Made by a program: the position numbers and the translations under genes. A stretch of DNA of 64,000 nt from Balanoglossus misakiensis (Eukaryota; Animalia; Hemichordata): the NCBI GenBank assembly GCA_040954595.2, contig CM082581.2, forward strand, positions 9,279,878 through 9,343,877, read 5' to 3'. Below are positions 50,201 to 64,000 of this stretch, in pieces (position 1 is the stretch's first letter; each line of letters starts with the position of its first letter). The notes beneath the pieces are model-generated. The model saw only the letters and a program-made list of their open reading frames with translations. It made no database searches and had not been told where the DNA came from.

Positions 50201-53200
50201 ACAGGCCTTTAACTTTTTAACAATCCCAAACCATGGACGTACTAAAACATAGTTGGGTCGACAATCAAGAAAATGCAAATTTGTTTATGCTGATTTTGCC
50301 TTCAGAAATTCAGTATATACATACTTGCTTTTTATAAATCATCATCAATTGTAGTATTAATTTAGTTGGGCATTTTATTCCAAGGTAGCACTGTCACCAC
50401 ATTGTCAATCAACATGAACTCGTCGCTTCTCTGAAACCTAATATACAAGAAAACCACTGCATATCTCTAATCGAGTTCATATTGCAAAATGCACCATGTG
50501 TTGAGTGTGCAAATAAAATACCTTAGCAATGAGCTCATGTTGGTTAGTTCCTTGCATGCAATAAAATACAGACTATGAAAACCACAAATGACAAGTGCTC
50601 ATGTTTGATGTCTGTGGTAGTGGTGGTGTTGGCTGAGAAGGCTACAGGATCATCTTTTAATTAATAATTTTGTGTTTGTTGTCCACAAAGCATTGGTAAT
50701 TCATGCTAGCAATGACTGGTGGTAGAAATTTAATTTGCATTCATGTTCAACTTTGTTACATAACACATTTAATAATATTGCTGTTAATGGCATTGTTGTA
50801 AGTACTGGTGAGATTTGTAATCACTGTCCAACATTTCTCACCATGTGTGGAGTGGAGCTACGAAAATGTACCTGAGTGAATGGCGGCGCGGCCTTGTCTA
50901 GTGTGTTGCGCTAAAGGTGGACGAGTCCTTCAAATGGATTTAGATTCATTCTCATTGAACCTTGCCCATGAACTGAAACATTGCTGTAGAAATACATGTA
51001 TTTATAACAATACTACATGGTGCCCGGTATAAGTTGAAACCTGGCATTGAATGTGGTGACCTTAGATGAATTTGGACGTCCATTGCAAGCACTGACTGGT
51101 TCTACAGGGCGTGTGTCTGTGTGTGAGTGAAATGGAAACCATTGGTAGTATGACATCATTTTCAACCAATCAACAGTTTGAAATGGACAAACAACAGGGG
51201 TTGTGACCGGGCAGTCGCAGGGGTTGAATGATTCACAAAGTGTTTGGGGTCTAGATTTCAACACTGATGCGCAGGCGCATTTCTCTGTTGAAAATATCGT
51301 GTCTTGTTTGTTTTCCACGTGATTAAAATGTGATCAGATTCTGCCTCCCAGATTGGGTCAGATCACAGTACAGGAAGTATTTCGTGTTGTGGTTCGAATT
51401 CAGACACATTTTTCCCAGTTTGGTTTCTGTTTCATGATGCTACTTAAGTGGGTTTTGGGAGTCGGGGTTTGCACAGTTCAAATGCTTATTGTAATGAGAG
51501 CGATTGGGCTTTTATATGGCTGCAGTTATTATAGTGAAGTGGTGGTTTTGAAATATACAGAACTGGTATTTGATGACGGAATATATTTTGCAGCTCCGGT
51601 CTGTTGGCAGTGCTTGGGCAAGCATGCAGTTACAGCGACCAGTACATTGTACATGTCAGTGTCAACTTCAAAGTCCTTACAATATACAAATAAGACTTTG
51701 TAGATACAGTGATACTTTACTGATAGTTGGAGCAGATAGGGCTATGGCTATCTACCATCAAGAATGGAAACCCAAGGTTTCCCTTTGAAAAAAAAATCAA
51801 AATATATCATCACACTGACATCATGTAGAGATGTCATTGAGTGTTGTTTGCAGTATTGCTTAGCTGTTGGTTGAGTTCAAGTTCACAGGGTTATCTTGAT
51901 AAGGCCTAATATGGTTAGCAGATCTGTCAAGATGGCAATCTTGTATTTGACATTTGACATAACTGTTGGAGTTTACATGTATGTGTCAGTGTAGCATGTC
52001 TGTGTGTGTGTGGGTGGGTGTGGTACCGGCAAGCAAAATTCCCACTGTTTGCTCGTCAAATGCATCTCTGTCAGCAAAGAATATATCTACATCACGCTCA
52101 TCAGGGTATTGTGAAATCTCCTCACGCCAAGAAGTCATCCGACCATCGTTACAGCTCCAGACTTGTACACATTTAGATAACAGACATTAGCTCAGTCGGA
52201 ATTAAAATAAAACCTTCAATAAAAGAAGCGTGGTGTGAGATAAATCATACATGTACGTTCAGCCATTCCAAAGCAGATAGGCGTCATGTCCTTAAGATTC
52301 CAGGCTGTCGCATCCAGAACTGGAAAAGATTTCAAAGCTGAAATTCCCCAGACAGCTGTTGGAATGATGTAATTTTAGCCAGAGCCAAAAAAAACATCCC
52401 TGTAACGGGTGGAGTATGCAATATGTTTTCTCTAATCTCCTGTTCATTTTTTCTCTCCTACATACTCAGATGACTGCATAAATTAGATTATTTTCATAAA
52501 TTACGGCTAATAAAGTTTTAGTGCATTGGAGGCTGGGACCGGTATATAAATTAGGTAATCAACATGAATATTGCATCAACTTCCAGAGACATCTGAAATG
52601 TTTTTTAGGTGGAATGAAATTTTAATCAGTACTTTAGATAATCTAATTTCACTGATTGTGTCATTGTAGTGAATCCAACCAGCTGGGGCCGACATAACAG
52701 CCGAGATCTGGGTCACAAAAAGTGTGAAAGTCACCATCTTGAATGCAACACTTTGATTGGAATTCCGTCCCTACAGGACCGACCTCGGCATGGGGAAAAA
52801 TAAACTTTCACTGGGGAGTATCAGTTACAGGAAAACATTTTGGGTGTGGTTTCTGTGGATTTTCCACCGGAGTTGGGATATGTGGGAAACTCGTTCCCGG
52901 CCACGTATTCCGGTGGGCATAACCTGAAAACCACATTCTGTATGATACTGGTACAAGCATTGAAATTACTTTTTTTTCTCATCCATCATCTTTTTGCAAG
53001 GTCATTTGAATTCATAAATTCTATAAAGTTACTCCATTTGAGAAGAGCTGTCTTGCAATTATAAGAAACAGCTGGTGACTGGAGCAAAACATTAGCTCAG
53101 TACACTTTCACACTGTCGGAAAATAGGATCAATTTCTGAAAACAACTCAAAGCATGTGACCCGCCCTTCTTGCTATTGCCTTTGAGTCAAAGGTCATAGG

Positions 53201-56200
53201 TCAGTCAAGGTCAGCATTGATAGGCTCTATTGGCAGTAATCGTATTTCATGTAAATTTACCAAGAATGATATAGAAAGGATGACTGCTGAATTGCATTGT
53301 TAGGGTGTGTCCCCATTATAAACTCAATCAAAACACCACTAAGACTATGAGAGATTTCCATTGCTTGTAGTCTAGATAAGATTGAAACTGCTTTACGTTA
53401 CATTACTGATAGTGGAACATGTAAAATCCCTGAGGCATTTGTAGAATGTTAGTGTGTTGCTAACTTAAAGCCTGTTTGTATGTATTTCAATCAAAATAAA
53501 GAACTACACATACTGTGAAATAGATTCTATCAAGTATAGAAAGTATGCCTATTATTACATGTAATTGATAAAGTTTCCGAAGAATGTTTTTTCTGATGTG
53601 GTGTGTTCATGAAAGAGATGTACTAGTAACCGTAGTGAAAACTTCGACTGTGAAAGCCATTACGTTACAGGGAAGTTGATTTGACAAATTTTTATATACA
53701 TACGAAGTTTGATATGTTAGCCATTCCTATTTTTATTTATTACTGTTTTTTGGCTACTGGTTGGATGTAAAACAATAAGCTTCTGGTTTGTCCCCTGTGA
53801 ATTGAAGTGGAATCATTCAAACCATGTGAGCCCCACGGCTAAATATCGCTTATTCAGGCAAGTACATATGCAGACTAATACAGCTATTTCATTATCTCTT
53901 TAGTGTAACTGTTCTGGTAGCAAGAAAACAAAAAATGCACATATTACTTATGAAGACTGGAAACACAGGCCAACGTTGTCCAGGTAACTGGAGAATAGGC
54001 GTGCCTTCACAAAGATCAGTTACCTGGGTGGCCTTGCTATCTGGGACACAGGGTCTCCACTCTGTGCCAGACATGCCTGCAGACAAGAAGTACGCCTAGG
54101 TGGCAGAGAATGAAGATAGCTCTGTAGAGATGCCGGCAGGTATGTGTGGAAACGACGGCAGTTCGTAAGTTCAGTTTGAGGACAAAGGTTTGTCTGTTTC
54201 CCAAGTTGGACAGTGTCCAGAATACTGAGCGTGTTTGTTCATCCCTTTATTATTGCCCTTGTGGCTCAAAAATTGTGATGCCGTCATCTTTCAAGGCATC
54301 AGTGGACTAGAATTAGAGAATGTGCCACATTGCACCCCATACACATGCGCGTGTATATGTCGATAACGGCTGACAATCTCCCCGTTTGCTGCCAGTTTTG
54401 AGTGCCGCTGTTCTGCCGACGCCCGGCAATCTAACGCCCTAGCGACAAGAGTTTAATGCATTAGCTGTATTGGGGAAATATCGCACAAACACTCAGGAGT
54501 GGCAGTTTCTTGATGGAATTGAAGGAGATAATTGCTATGTTCTTTTTTTCTCTTCTGATGCTGTCACGGTAAACTCTGTGTAGCTTATGCCCACTTTTCA
54601 TGCAGAGTACATCCATTAATAGAGTCCAGATCGACATTTGTACGTTGCTGAATACACAGCAAGTATTACCGTCACCAGAAACGTGGGGAAATTGACTTCC
54701 AGACATGCATGTATTTATAGATGTCAGATTGTCCAAGTATCGTACCTTACGTGAGCAGTGTCCTTATGATGAGAAGCCAACTCAGGGGCAGTGTATTGCT
54801 TTTTCAAAAGAGTTTCTAATCATATTTGATAATTTACCAAACTGGGCAGCGGTGCCTAAATTTTTGTGTGTGTAATTCTAGTATGTGGTAGACATTTCAA
54901 GGTTTTCTGATCTCTTAATTAAATGGAAGAGGCCTGCCGGTAATGTCTTTGCTCAGAATATTTTATTATCATAATGTAATGTAATATACTGTCCTTTTGA
55001 AAATGGCCTCTTGTCGGCCAAATGGTATCGTCATGTCATTGGCAGCCATCCAATATTAGTGTATGTATTTAAGTACATGTAGAAATATTATTTTATGCCA
55101 AAGTGTTCATCCCAAAATAGGATACAAGATGATGTCAGCCAAGAATGATGGGGTTTCAGACTCTCCTGATGATCTACATCTACAGCCTAGCTTAGAGGAT
55201 TTCCTGGACCCAAATAGCGCATGAAATTTGTGATGGGAGTAGTCCAGCATTGAGGTCAGATGTTTATGGCTCCACCCGGCTATCTCAGTTCTGGTCTGGT
55301 CTGACGCATGCCGGACGTATACTTAGAAGAGGAATTGGGGATTATTCCTAGCTTAGATGATGGACACAAAATGTCAATTTGGTATCTGTTTCAAGTACCA
55401 CCAGATTGGTCATTTCAAATGAAGTCTGGCTTATTGCTTTCCCCCTTAGTACTGAATCAGAAGTTTCTGGGAGCAAAAAATAAAATAAATTAAAATGCGT
55501 GGCAAAAAGGACTGAGAAGGGTATTGTTTGTTTTATCCAGTAACAGAGGATTTAGAATTGTCTGGAGGCTGTGCTTTGTATGAAAGATGCGTTTTGTTTG
55601 GATCCATCGGGTGTTTTCCATGGGTCACCCCAGACATGTTATTGACAACATAAAGGCACTGTTGTGTAACATATGTGAAAGGTTGTAAGGTGAAAATACA
55701 CAAAGGAAGAAAGTGTTAGTAGATACTTACAATGTAAGTGTTGGCAGATGCAGTTGGGAATTTTGATCGTCTGTAAAATCTTTGAATCAGAATAGTGTTT
55801 TTTTGTCATCAATAATTTTTTGGGGGTCAATTTATTCGTTAAGAGGAAATAGAGCAAAGTTCTGCCACAGGGTCTTGATAATATAAATTATCAAATATTG
55901 AAATATTATGTAATCACATGGAACTTGTTGATGACAAGGAAGACACAATAGAGGAAGTGTAGTGTTTCCTATCAGATTCTTTCTGTCGTACAGAAGTCAT
56001 GACATATCCGCTTCAGCTATTATAACAAAAACACTGAGCAACTCCAAACAGGACATGTAGAATCATGTTTATAAACAAGGCTATGGCATAATTTACAGTG
56101 AATGAATATTTCAAGTTTGCATCGCACGTTCGATTATTGTGCAGGTCTGTACAGCTGATGGCTTTTTCATTCAAATTTAGACAAGTTGTGAACTGCATCA

Positions 56201-59200
56201 TGTTTCAGTGATGTTTCTCCTTGGCAGTGACACAGATTGTACGCTTCTGCTGTTGTTACCAAAATAGCTGGAATATAAACCTGTGTGCTTTCTGTTCATG
56301 TTAAGCTGTTGGACAGACCTTTGAAGGTAGCAGCCCCCAGGTTTGGTTGTGGATTTATGAATCACTTAGCCCGCACTTTATCGGTTGGTTGGCTGCATAA
56401 ATTGAAGGCGGAGACAAAATGATACAGACAAAAATAACATTGATGCAACATGTTTATTGATCTGAGTTCACTGGGCAAGCAGAATTAATATAAACTGATC
56501 ATCTGGAATGTTATCTCGATCCCTTTCCAGCATACAGCAGGCTGGCATATCCAGGGAATGTGACAATCATTGCTGTCTTGTCTTTTAACCAGCAGCATAC
56601 ACTGTTGATGTCATCACTTTATGTGTACTATCGCCCACGATTTCTGCTGTTGGGCTCTGCACACCAGGATTGCCAGCAAAAAACCCTTTTTAATGAGATG
56701 CAAGGTGGGCATACTACCAGGACTCCATCGGGACAGCGCTGTCCTATTGTTGCAAGGGTGAATGAACTGAACAAGGCTGCTGGCCGCTTTGAATGGCGAG
56801 ACCTCAAAAAGCGTTTGTACACTAAGCTGTGTGTTAGGTGTATTCATGGATTTATGTGCATGTAGCTTGGTTGACCCCTGACCTTTATAGGTGTGCATTT
56901 GTGTTGGGTCTCGTTCTGACTCAACTGCACAGTATTAAAATATTACTAGGCCAAATGGTTCTCTGTTTCAAAGTACCTTGAGTTGCTTCCTTTTATTTCT
57001 GTGGAAACAATAAACTGGGGTCGTGTCTGTCATTGTAGACTAGCATCTAACTATAGAGAAAGTCCTCGACGATTGTACTGTATTGATCTCTTTTAAGTTT
57101 CACTTCTCTGTGCTGTGTAGGCGACAAAACTATGTGTCACGCTGATAATAAACATTGGATAACAATTTTAATAGTCGGTATTAGGGGACAGTCACAGGTT
57201 CCGTTTCGAAGATGAGGGTTGATTATGCGCAATGAGTCATGACATCATAAGTCTGTATGGAGGGGGGTCGATGTTATGGTCTTTGAATTCCGTGACAGGT
57301 TTGTTAGTCATTGCTGGTTGACAGACAGCTGAACTAAACTGTGTAGCTCGCTCTACATGTGGGCATCCTTTGTGTGTGTGCGCACTGTTCCTCGATCCTC
57401 GCACACAATTGATCATTACAGAGAATGTGAGAGTGACTTATCAAAACAGCAAGTCCTGGAGCATGTATGATGTATGGAGATGTATATGAATTGTGCGTGT
57501 GGGTTCAAAAAAAAAGTGCCGACAGTCTAGACATCCTTTCTGTGGAATTAGAACGAAGGCAAAATAGACACTTGACTTTTTTCTTGGGATTTATAGAGGA
57601 GGAAGATCTGTCTGGAACACAAGGATGCAGTTTCATGCTGCAGGCGTTTTATTGGATAAATGCATATGGATGGGGGATCATAACAATTCACTCCGCGGGC
57701 TCTAAATACAGTCACTTGATATACTTGAAAAAAAAATACTGTATAGTGATGATATTTTTGCATCGGGCACCAGCCACTTTGAAGTACTTCTATGCCGGTA
57801 TTGGTGTTGAAAAAAATATAGCGTGTTAGACATTCCATGATTATACAGTGAATTGGAGTTTTGCACTATTGGGATATGATCATAAAGCTGCGTGTGATTA
57901 TTCATGTTCGATATGAAAGTGATGAAGGTGATTGATATCTCTGTGCAGTGTTGAGACAGGGTAATTATATATACCATGATAGAAATACTGCATCAATTTT
58001 CATTGTCCTGTGGGAGACCTAGAGTAACTGTGCTGTTGATCATCGTGCCATTAACATTGTTATGTGCATACACAGCTTTCTAGAATTATGAAAATAGGAA
58101 ATATGTTGAGAATTGACTAATATAAAGGCAACAGTTGTACCATTAAAGTAGGCGTGACAAAGATGTGTTTGATGTTTTAAGTAAATCCTGAACTATCAAT
58201 CGTGTGTGGTTAAACTTTAGGTCTTTTCTTCATGAAGGAATGTGCGTGTTGCCCCAGTCAATTTGCAGTTTTTGAAGGAATCACATTTTCTATGTGAAGT
58301 AGTGTCAGCCCAATTTCATTTACTTTAATTATTCTGATAATCTGAATTTCAATTCGAGTCCTCTGATATGGCGTGTCAGTCAATGAAAAATACACACTCC
58401 TTTTAGTGGCAGTTGACAAAAAATTATGCAGTGACATTCTTATAAATATACTCAGCCATTTCATTTCATCCAGATTAAATTAAGAAGTGAAAAATAAGTT
58501 AACTGGCTACAGATTTGCTAACGGTAATAAGTGCAATATGGTATGAACCTGTTACCTTTCACTCAACACTCATAGCAAGGGGTGAGTTAAACTAATATTT
58601 ATCAGCAGTGTGATTTATGGGGGGTCGGTTTTCTGGTGATATATGCATATTTACTGATACAAAATAAAGTAAGGTGTGTGAATGTATGCATTTCAGGCAT
58701 GGTCCCAGTTCATGACCTCTGACCCTACGAAGTATATCAGTGGCTGGAGAAATATAAGAACCATCAAATGAAGGAATTGGCTAGATAAAATTTAAAAAAA
58801 TAACAGGTCGCCAGAATTATAATTGAATCAGGGCCATGACCCTGGACCATGAAGGTAAAATGGTGTAAAGGTTTTGCAATTCACACAACAAAAAACGTCA
58901 AAAGGACTTTGTGCACATATCTTTTGTTTTCAAACGTTCAAAGGACAACAGTGAGATGTCGTATTCCTGAACTCAGAAACATGTAAACCATATGTGTGGT
59001 TAAAGCCTGTCAGTGGGAGTTCTGACATGAGCACTGTCCTTGGATTTGAACCATGGGAACTTGGGGGGGGGGGGGAGAAGTATTTGCAGATGTTGTCTGT
59101 GAGAACTTTGCCCGTTGGCTGGAACCCGTTTGAAATTCAAAGCTTACAGCCACAGTCTGGCTGTTGTGTTCTGGGTAGATTGTCATCGGGTGACCGCTGA

Positions 59201-62200
59201 CCAGGTGACAAATTATGTAATTATTTTCAGCGGTGAAAACACGGCGCGTTGGTTTGCTGTTCATTATCGTGCGGAGACCTTGATAGTGCCTACGCCCTTC
59301 ATGTTGATCAGTATTTAGTAGTACGTGCGTGAATGACCGGGACCCAGACAGCACAGTCCATTTTGGATCGATTATCTTCACCATTGAGCACCATGTTGCG
59401 GTCATTTTTCACGATTCTCACGGCAACTAGATGTCTGGTGAAAAAATATTAATAGCCCAAATAGAGGGAATATTATATATAGTGGCGTTCAGCATCACTG
59501 CATGACAAGAATAATTAATGCATTTTGAAACACCGGGTATGGATTCATGTGATGTGTTGCTAAAAAGATTGGAAGCTATGTTTGAATGTCACCAATTTGC
59601 CACTAACATGGTCGAGTTTATTAGGTTGAAGTGTGACTGTACTGCATTAGGAATAATCATAGTGCAGTTTGCAAAGGAAAATATGAAACTTGTCCCGTTG
59701 TACTGTACATGAATTGGTGCCCCTCAATATTATAATGCTGCCAACCCCTACTAAGGTGATTCAGTAGTCTGTGGTTTGATCTTTCACCCTAGAATTTGAC
59801 TGTGTGGGTAAGGCTTGGTCCATTGCAGGGGTACAGAGGTAAGAATTCTAATGTCAAGTTTAATATCCGATAATCTTGTTGAATATCTACATTCCTGGCC
59901 GGGCTTAACTCGGTCGGTTTGCCACCGTTTTCCCGGTATTTCGCCGAGCGCTGCCGTCTTTACAATGTCGAACATGGGGAGTGGCACTCAGTCAGTCGCT
60001 TATGTTGATGTGGGCTCTCATTTTTTTCACCAACCGCCACCTAGCGAATCACAAAGGGAGGTATTCTCTCCCCCGATTAGCAAACTTTACGAGACAGGTT
60101 CATTGTGTGTTACCGGCAGGACACTAAGGTTTTGAAACAATGGGAATTTGGTGTTATTTAGGTGGAAATAATACCATCTGAATGTCTGGCTGAAAGGTTT
60201 CTAATTAGTATGCATATAGAGCATTCAGACATGTACAGTTTGCAGAGGCCCCAGTCTCTGTACACAAAACGCACCGCTAAGTATGTAGTGGCCGAAATAA
60301 TAGAGTTGCCGCTCGTTGAGTCAACGTTGTGGGGGTTAAAAACAACGAGGTTTTCAGCAAACGGTTTCAAGGTAAATTTTATTGAAAACGGACAACCTTG
60401 GAACGCTGGATAACATAGCATGACATCACAGTGACCTGTGAGGTCAGCAAGGGTGTTTCTTCTCTCGCAGTAGACTGCTAACATATTTCATGGAAAAGAT
60501 AAAAAAAGGGAGTGAGCTGTCGAAAGAGACGTGGACTGTGTCCATTTCGTATTTAATTTTGAGCTAGAGAAAGAACGTCTGTAAGTTACGTTTCAATATT
60601 TCTGTCCAAAGGTGTTCACGATCAATGACATTTTGTAGGGCAGTCCCTTAAAGTGACTGTCAGTTTTGCATATGCTTCTGTATGCAGGATTTTTTCTTGA
60701 TACATTAATAATTCAATTGATGTGTGTGTGTGTGAATGAAAGGGATGACAAGTCATTTCCTGGAAACATTCTACTTGTGTCCATTGTATTACCGGAGAAA
60801 GTTTTGATGGTCTTCAGAAAAGAGAAAAAAAGGTGGTCATAAATTTGAATCAATATGACAATTAGAGTGAGTCATGTGTTGCTTAGTATTACTGTATTTG
60901 TTTGACCATTGGGAAACGTTAAAATTACATTTTTTGAATGAAGCAGCTGAGATGTTTCTTATGACTGGTGTGTAAGCAAGTGGCACTTTAGCCATGCTCC
61001 ATTAAGGAATATAAATCTTCCTGAGTTGCGGGGAAATTGAGGATATCTGCTTGTTCCAGTGCTTGGACGCTACTGTGGTGTGGTTTCTCAGTGGTAGTGG
61101 CTGCATCTTGCGAGATGGCCAATTGGCTTTTTGGCATTGACCGAGCTCAATTAAGCAACGTTCATTACAAAAGAAATCTCACAAATCTCAACCCAATTTG
61201 CATAGTGAACCTGTGTGAAGGAAAACATATGGCAGGTGGGGGGGGGGGGGGTGTTAATCCTCTCCGTCTTGATATCAAAAGGGTGTGATTTGAATCATGA
61301 ATTAAACTGACTCCCCATTTAATGTGTTGTTTTGTACCGTGATATTTTTTCCTGTTTACAAACTGATAAATATTTGTAGTATACAGCCTGAATCCAGTTA
61401 TGTCAACATTTGTCCCTTCAGAAGGACGGCTAAGCAGAGGTTGTGGGTCATCGTTATAGTGACAAACAGACAATATGGGTGTAAAAATTCTGAAATATTG
61501 AAATGTTAGCGTGCATATGTATGCAATTGCATGTATATTGATGGTATATGGTGGGACACTGTGGAAACCCTATATGTTTATCGGCCTTGTGTATCTTATT
61601 GGTTTGGTATCACATTTCATATTCTTGCTTTTTTATCGTGGTAGCTGTGTTCCCTTTATGTGACACGTACGGTAATAGTGGTGAATTTCCACCGTTTTGC
61701 TACACAACTGTGAGAGTCAGCGTGTTGATCTGAGCTTGATACCCTCATGCAATAATTGTTAACATTTTCACGAGGTACTATGCAACTCAGTCAGGTCTGC
61801 CTTGTCAGTGGTAATGCTGCATTTGGATTCCAATCCTATATGTTGTCTGTCAGCTGCTTATAATAGTTTCTGCTCAATGATTTATACCCCTTCATTATGC
61901 TGCTTTATTAATACCTTGAAATAAACTCTTTTCCCAGGGAGTATTCAGGATTATCGTGCATTACAGTATAACAGGTGGGTTACTTGTTGTTTGACCCGCG
62001 TGGTTACTCCAGGTCAAAGGGCAAAGGTTGACAAGGCATGGAGCTGTTTTAAGGGTGTTTCGCCAACGTGAGAAATCGCGATCGTGGTATTGTCAAATGC
62101 AAAGCTTTGGGAACAAAATTTATGTACATTTGTCAAATCTCAGTGCACAGCTGTTGATCGTATGCGTACAACTCATTATGTGTTATAGAAGTGCTTGATT

Positions 62201-64000
62201 TTTTTCATTACAATTTCGTGACAGATTGACAATATTAGCAGCAGGCCTGCATGCACAAATGCTCATTGGATGCCACAGATAATGACACTTGACCCACCCT
62301 ATGTATAATTATCAGTTGCCGCATCAATTATTCCAATGAAGCAAACTTAATCGCTCATAATATATTTATAAGTTGTTAGTGACTTTGCTTAATGGGTGAT
62401 CGATTTTACTTCAAAGCAAAGAGCTACTGTTTCAGAAGAGAAAGTTCAATAATAGTGGCCAGAGGGGGGAGGTGGGTGGTGGTATGCAAGTGGATCCATT
62501 GAATTTCCAGAATTGAGTGGTTTATTTTTGAAGCATGGAGTCATGCATAACGATTTACAAATGGTAGCTGTGGTATTTGGAGTGTGTTAGCAGTGTTGTG
62601 TGCTGTTTGTGACTTTCACAATAAAGGTGGTTAAATTTCAACAAATGTCGGTACAAATATAAATATTTATTGCACATTGTTAGCATAGCAACTAGTAAGT
62701 TAGTTTCCAGTCCAGGCAGGACATGTATAAGAAATAGTGATGAGTTAGGCAAACATGGCTTTATATGTGAGCCGTGTGCTAAGAGCTTGTCAATATGTAT
62801 GGTAAGCAACAACTGCGATGCCATCAGGTTTTCACATATTCTTGTTCCAGTGGTAAAATTGCTTAGTTCGAAGTCACTGTTAATGTCGTCAGTCACATGG
62901 AAAAGAACTTTACAGTTCCTGTGCAGTAGAGCTTGGGGAAACATTTTCCCAGCGACAAGATAATCACTGGTGGGGTCAAGAGGTCGAAGTGGTGGTTGCA
63001 TGGTAGTGGTCAATTAGGACTGCCTGTGATGTGGGTGTTCTTTTCTTGACCGTGACTGAACAAGTTTCCCACACAAAAAAATATTGATTCATTCTCAGTA
63101 GTCACATTAAATTTTACATCAAAGTTAAATAAAGTGTCCTGAAATGGTATTTGAAACTCTCCACGCAATCTTGACGTACCCAGATTATGAAGAGTTTGAT
63201 GTAAGTGATTGTGATGTTTATAGGTGGTCTGACTGACTGACTGTGTGGGTGGGATGTCATACATATGTACCTCAGTGGCACAAGAAATTTTAAGTGGTTT
63301 TAGCTCATCCTGTATATCTTTTTTACTGGGATACCTGTATTTTACAAACAATAGTAGCAGATCAGAGGAATCTTCAAAGCTGTTCGTTAGCCCCAACAAA
63401 TATCCAGACAAAACTACATGTAAAAACCTTCATGAGCCTCAGCCTTAGCTAGATCCAACATGCTTGTGAGAAATTTATCTCTACTGGCGTACAAATGGTT
63501 TAAGTGATGATTTCAGTCAGTATTTACGGCTGTCAATAAAATAAAACGCTTTGAAAACTGATAAGGTTGCCGTGGCAACAGAATTTTAATGCTGATGACC
63601 CCCGCTTTGTAATTGGATCCTTTGAATGCAAAGGTGGCCGTGTAAACTGTATGAAGGCTGAACTCGTGTCATTCTAAATTGACTGAAGTACAGATGGTTC
63701 TGTTAGGTGTTTAATATTTATGACTACATCCTTTCCTTTGATTGACAGCGAAAACTCCGAACCTGTCAATAACAGAGTGGTTTATATATAACGTGATGGG
63801 AATACGGGGATAATTTCTGCCACATACTGACCACAGAAAAAGTTTTTGGCTCACTGTTGTTTTAATGAACCAAAGTTGTGTTTGTGTTGTAACGTAATCA
63901 AGAGTTCATTCTGAGGTCGTGAACCCAGTGATACTGAGTTGAGGACATTGGTCAGTCAGTCAGTTCACTCTTTTTTGACTCTCGTGAGCACAGTTTGTGA

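Noticed and set aside
51391-51401. GGTTCGAATTC B-box-like sequence suggesting a tRNA
   Set aside because: No A-box or cloverleaf stems around it.
62555-63411. Two tandem minus-strand ORFs (152 and 133 aa) overlapping by 4 nt, resembling a frameshifted gene or viral/TE relic
   Set aside because: No recognisable domain or motif, non-ATG starts and intron-like composition. A tBLASTx/HMM search would settle it.

Overview
AT-rich animal genomic DNA with GT-AG spliceosomal introns. It is probably an invertebrate deuterostome (hemichordate or echinoderm); this is inferred from gene content, not established. Four protein-coding genes were reconstructed by hand with consistent splice phases: (1) a 15-exon GABA-B-receptor-like class C GPCR on the minus strand (152-20014, ~789 aa), GABBR2-like with a strongly altered ligand pocket; (2) a single-coding-exon CHST1-family carbohydrate sulfotransferase-like gene (22876-24183) with a degenerate 5'-PAPS motif; (3) a 5-exon WBP1/WBP1L-family gene (27831-34594); (4) a 9-exon PSMD4/Rpn10 gene (39660-42966). 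A CpG-rich promoter and likely non-coding first exon at ~49.4-49.5 kb appear to open a long intron that runs off the right end. Non-coding structure includes a ~650-bp decayed foldback palindrome (25.3-25.95 kb), a near-perfect hairpin in PSMD4 intron 3, many RFX X-box-like palindromes and clustered nuclear-receptor DR1 elements. I found no prokaryotic features, CRISPR arrays, rRNA or clear tRNA genes, and no convincing novel multi-gene system. The best leads are the orphan receptor, the possibly altered sulfotransferase and the foldback element.
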